Assembly (NCBI GenBank): GCA_043758735.1
Contig: JAYVMZ010000056.1
Span: 1 to 36,843 of the forward strand
Reading direction: 5' to 3'
Length of the DNA stretch: 36,843 nt
DNA from: Betaproteobacteria bacterium
Lineage (GTDB): Bacteria > Pseudomonadota > Gammaproteobacteria > Burkholderiales > JACQAP01
A program made the position numbers and the translations under genes. Numbering within the stretch: position 1 is the first letter of the stretch; each line of letters starts with the position of its first letter. Of the stretch, positions 35,595 through 36,843 are shown piece by piece. Under the pieces are notes generated by a model. It saw only the letters and a list, made by a program, of their open reading frames with translations. It did no database searches and was not told the DNA's origin.

Positions 35595-36843
35595 ATGAGC
35601 ATTCTGCTGGGCTGCGTCGCCGACGATTTCACAGGCGCCACCGATCTCGCCAACACGCTCGTCAAGGCCGGCATGCGCACTGTGCAGTTGCTCGGCGTGC
35701 CGCGCAAAGGCCTGAAAGTGCCCGAGGCCGATTGCATCATCGTCGCGCTGAAGTCGCGCAGCAATCCTGCCGAGGAGGCCGTCACGATGTCGCTCGCTGC
35801 GATGGATTGGCTGCGGCAACAGGGTGCGCGACAACTCTATTTCAAATATTGCTCGACCTTCGATTCGACTGACAAGGGCAATATCGGTCCGGTGGCCGAT
35901 GCCATGCTGGATTCGATCGGCGGCGACTTCACGGTATTCAATCCTTCGTTCCCGACCAACAAGCGCACGGTCTACAAAGGCTATCTCTTTGTGGGCGACG
36001 AATTGCTGTCCGAATCCGGCATGCGCCACCATCCGCTAACGCCGATGACGGATCCTTCGCTGGTGCGCGTGCTGCAGCGCCAGACCAAGCGCAAGGTCGG
36101 GCTGGTGCAGTACTCGACCGTTGTCAAAGGCGCGGCAGCGATACGAAACGCATTCGAAGATCTGCGCAAACAAGGCATCACGCATGCCGTGCTCGACTCC
36201 ATCACCGACGACCACCTGATGACACTGGGCGAAGCCTGTGCGGACATGAAGCTGGCGACAGGCGGTTCTGGCATGGCCATGGGCCTGCCCGCTAATTTCA
36301 TCCGGCAGGGCCTGATGCAGAGCGGCCAGCGCGCTACGCTGCCGAAAGTCACCGGTCCGACAGTGGTGATCGCCGGATCTTGCTCAGTGGCGACGCAAGG
36401 CCAGGTTGCCCTGATGAGGAAGGACCACGAGGCCTTCGAACTCGATCCGATGGCAATCGCGTCGGGGCGCGACGTTGCGCAGGACGCGCTCGACTGGGCC
36501 GGAAAACGGCTGTCTGAAAAGCCGGTCCTGATTTATTCCACCGCCACGCCGGAGCAGGTCAAGGCCGTGCAGGACAAGCTCGGTCGCGAACATGCCGGCT
36601 CGATGGTGGAGGAAACCTTTGGCAAGATCGCCAGGGGATTGGTCGCGAAAGGCGTGCGCCGGTTGCTGGTCGCCGGCGGTGAAACCTCCGGCGCGGTCGT
36701 CGGCGCACTCGGCGTGGAAGGCCTGGCGATCGGACCGGAGATTGATCCCGGCGTGCCCTGGACGTTCTCGATCGGCGAGCCTTCTCTCGCCCTTGCACTG
36801 AAATCCGGCAATTTCGGTACCCCGGATTTCTTCACCAAAGCAT
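35595..36843 (+). CDS. Four-carbon acid sugar kinase family protein (DUF1537; OtnK/YgbK-like), 3' end outside the window
   Basis: Hand-translated and not in the ORF track because no stop falls inside the window. ATG at 35595 has GGAG 7 nt upstream. The product reads MSILLGCVADDFTGATDLANTLVKAGMRTVQ...LYFKYCSTFDST...VIAGSCS..T..Q...LLVAGGETSGAVV....ALKSGNFG. 416 codons are open to the window edge. Confidence 0.8.
   Translation, partial: MSILLGCVADDFTGATDLANTLVKAGMRTVQLLGVPRKGLKVPEADCIIVALKSRSNPAEEAVTMSLAAMDWLRQQGARQLYFKYCSTFDSTDKGNIGPVADAMLDSIGGDFTVFNPSFPTNKRTVYKGYLFVGDELLSESGMRHHPLTPMTDPSLVRVLQRQTKRKVGLVQYSTVVKGAAAIRNAFEDLRKQGITHAVLDSITDDHLMTLGEACADMKLATGGSGMAMGLPANFIRQGLMQSGQRATLPKVTGPTVVIAGSCSVATQGQVALMRKDHEAFELDPMAIASGRDVAQDALDWAGKRLSEKPVLIYSTATPEQVKAVQDKLGREHAGSMVEETFGKIARGLVAKGVRRLLVAGGETSGAVVGALGVEGLAIGPEIDPGVPWTFSIGEPSLALALKSGNFGTPDFFTKA

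Overview
High-GC (about 60%) chromosomal window whose gene content and synteny look betaproteobacterial: ispB divergent from rplU-rpmA-obg-proB, nrdAB, ampD, and CNP1-like and PP0621-like genes. I found no transposase, integrase, phage gene, CRISPR array or recognisable defence system, so this reads as core genome rather than an accessory island. Supported content, left to right:
- 3' part of a TPR protein.
- A molybdenum hydroxylase cluster (CoxS/CoxM-like genes divergent from a form-II CoxL-like gene) with a MoxR/CoxD-like ATPase.
- A minus-strand operon: FAD oxidoreductase, PaaK-like aryl-acetate-CoA ligase, DpgC-like crotonase-fold protein, and a 43-codon membrane ORF absent from the ORF track.
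- DUF3025 and GGDEF genes.
- A plus-strand operon: rubrerythrin, CCG-domain Fe-S protein, DUF3501, cfa, CNP1-like lipoprotein.
- proB, obg, rpmA and a frame-interrupted rplU.
- ispB and tRNA-Pro(CGG).
- A small Cys/His membrane protein followed by a PilS/PilR-like sigma-54 two-component pair.
- ampD, then nrdA and nrdB with candidate NrdR boxes.
- A lysine/alanine-rich H1-like protein.
- 1-Cys peroxiredoxin, KTSC, GST, DUF2322-like and VOC genes.
- A DUF1537/OtnK-like kinase that runs off the window end and is also missing from the ORF track.

The most unusual non-coding signals are:
- Three intergenic hairpin elements whose arms are tandem 8-9 nt units.
- An exact 43-nt repeat placed just after two unrelated stop codons.
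- A 36-nt duplication of a gene's 5' end.

The best candidates for uncharacterised biology are the ligase/DpgC-like operon and the rubrerythrin/CCG/DUF3501 operon. All family assignments come from reading motifs by eye; no database search was run.
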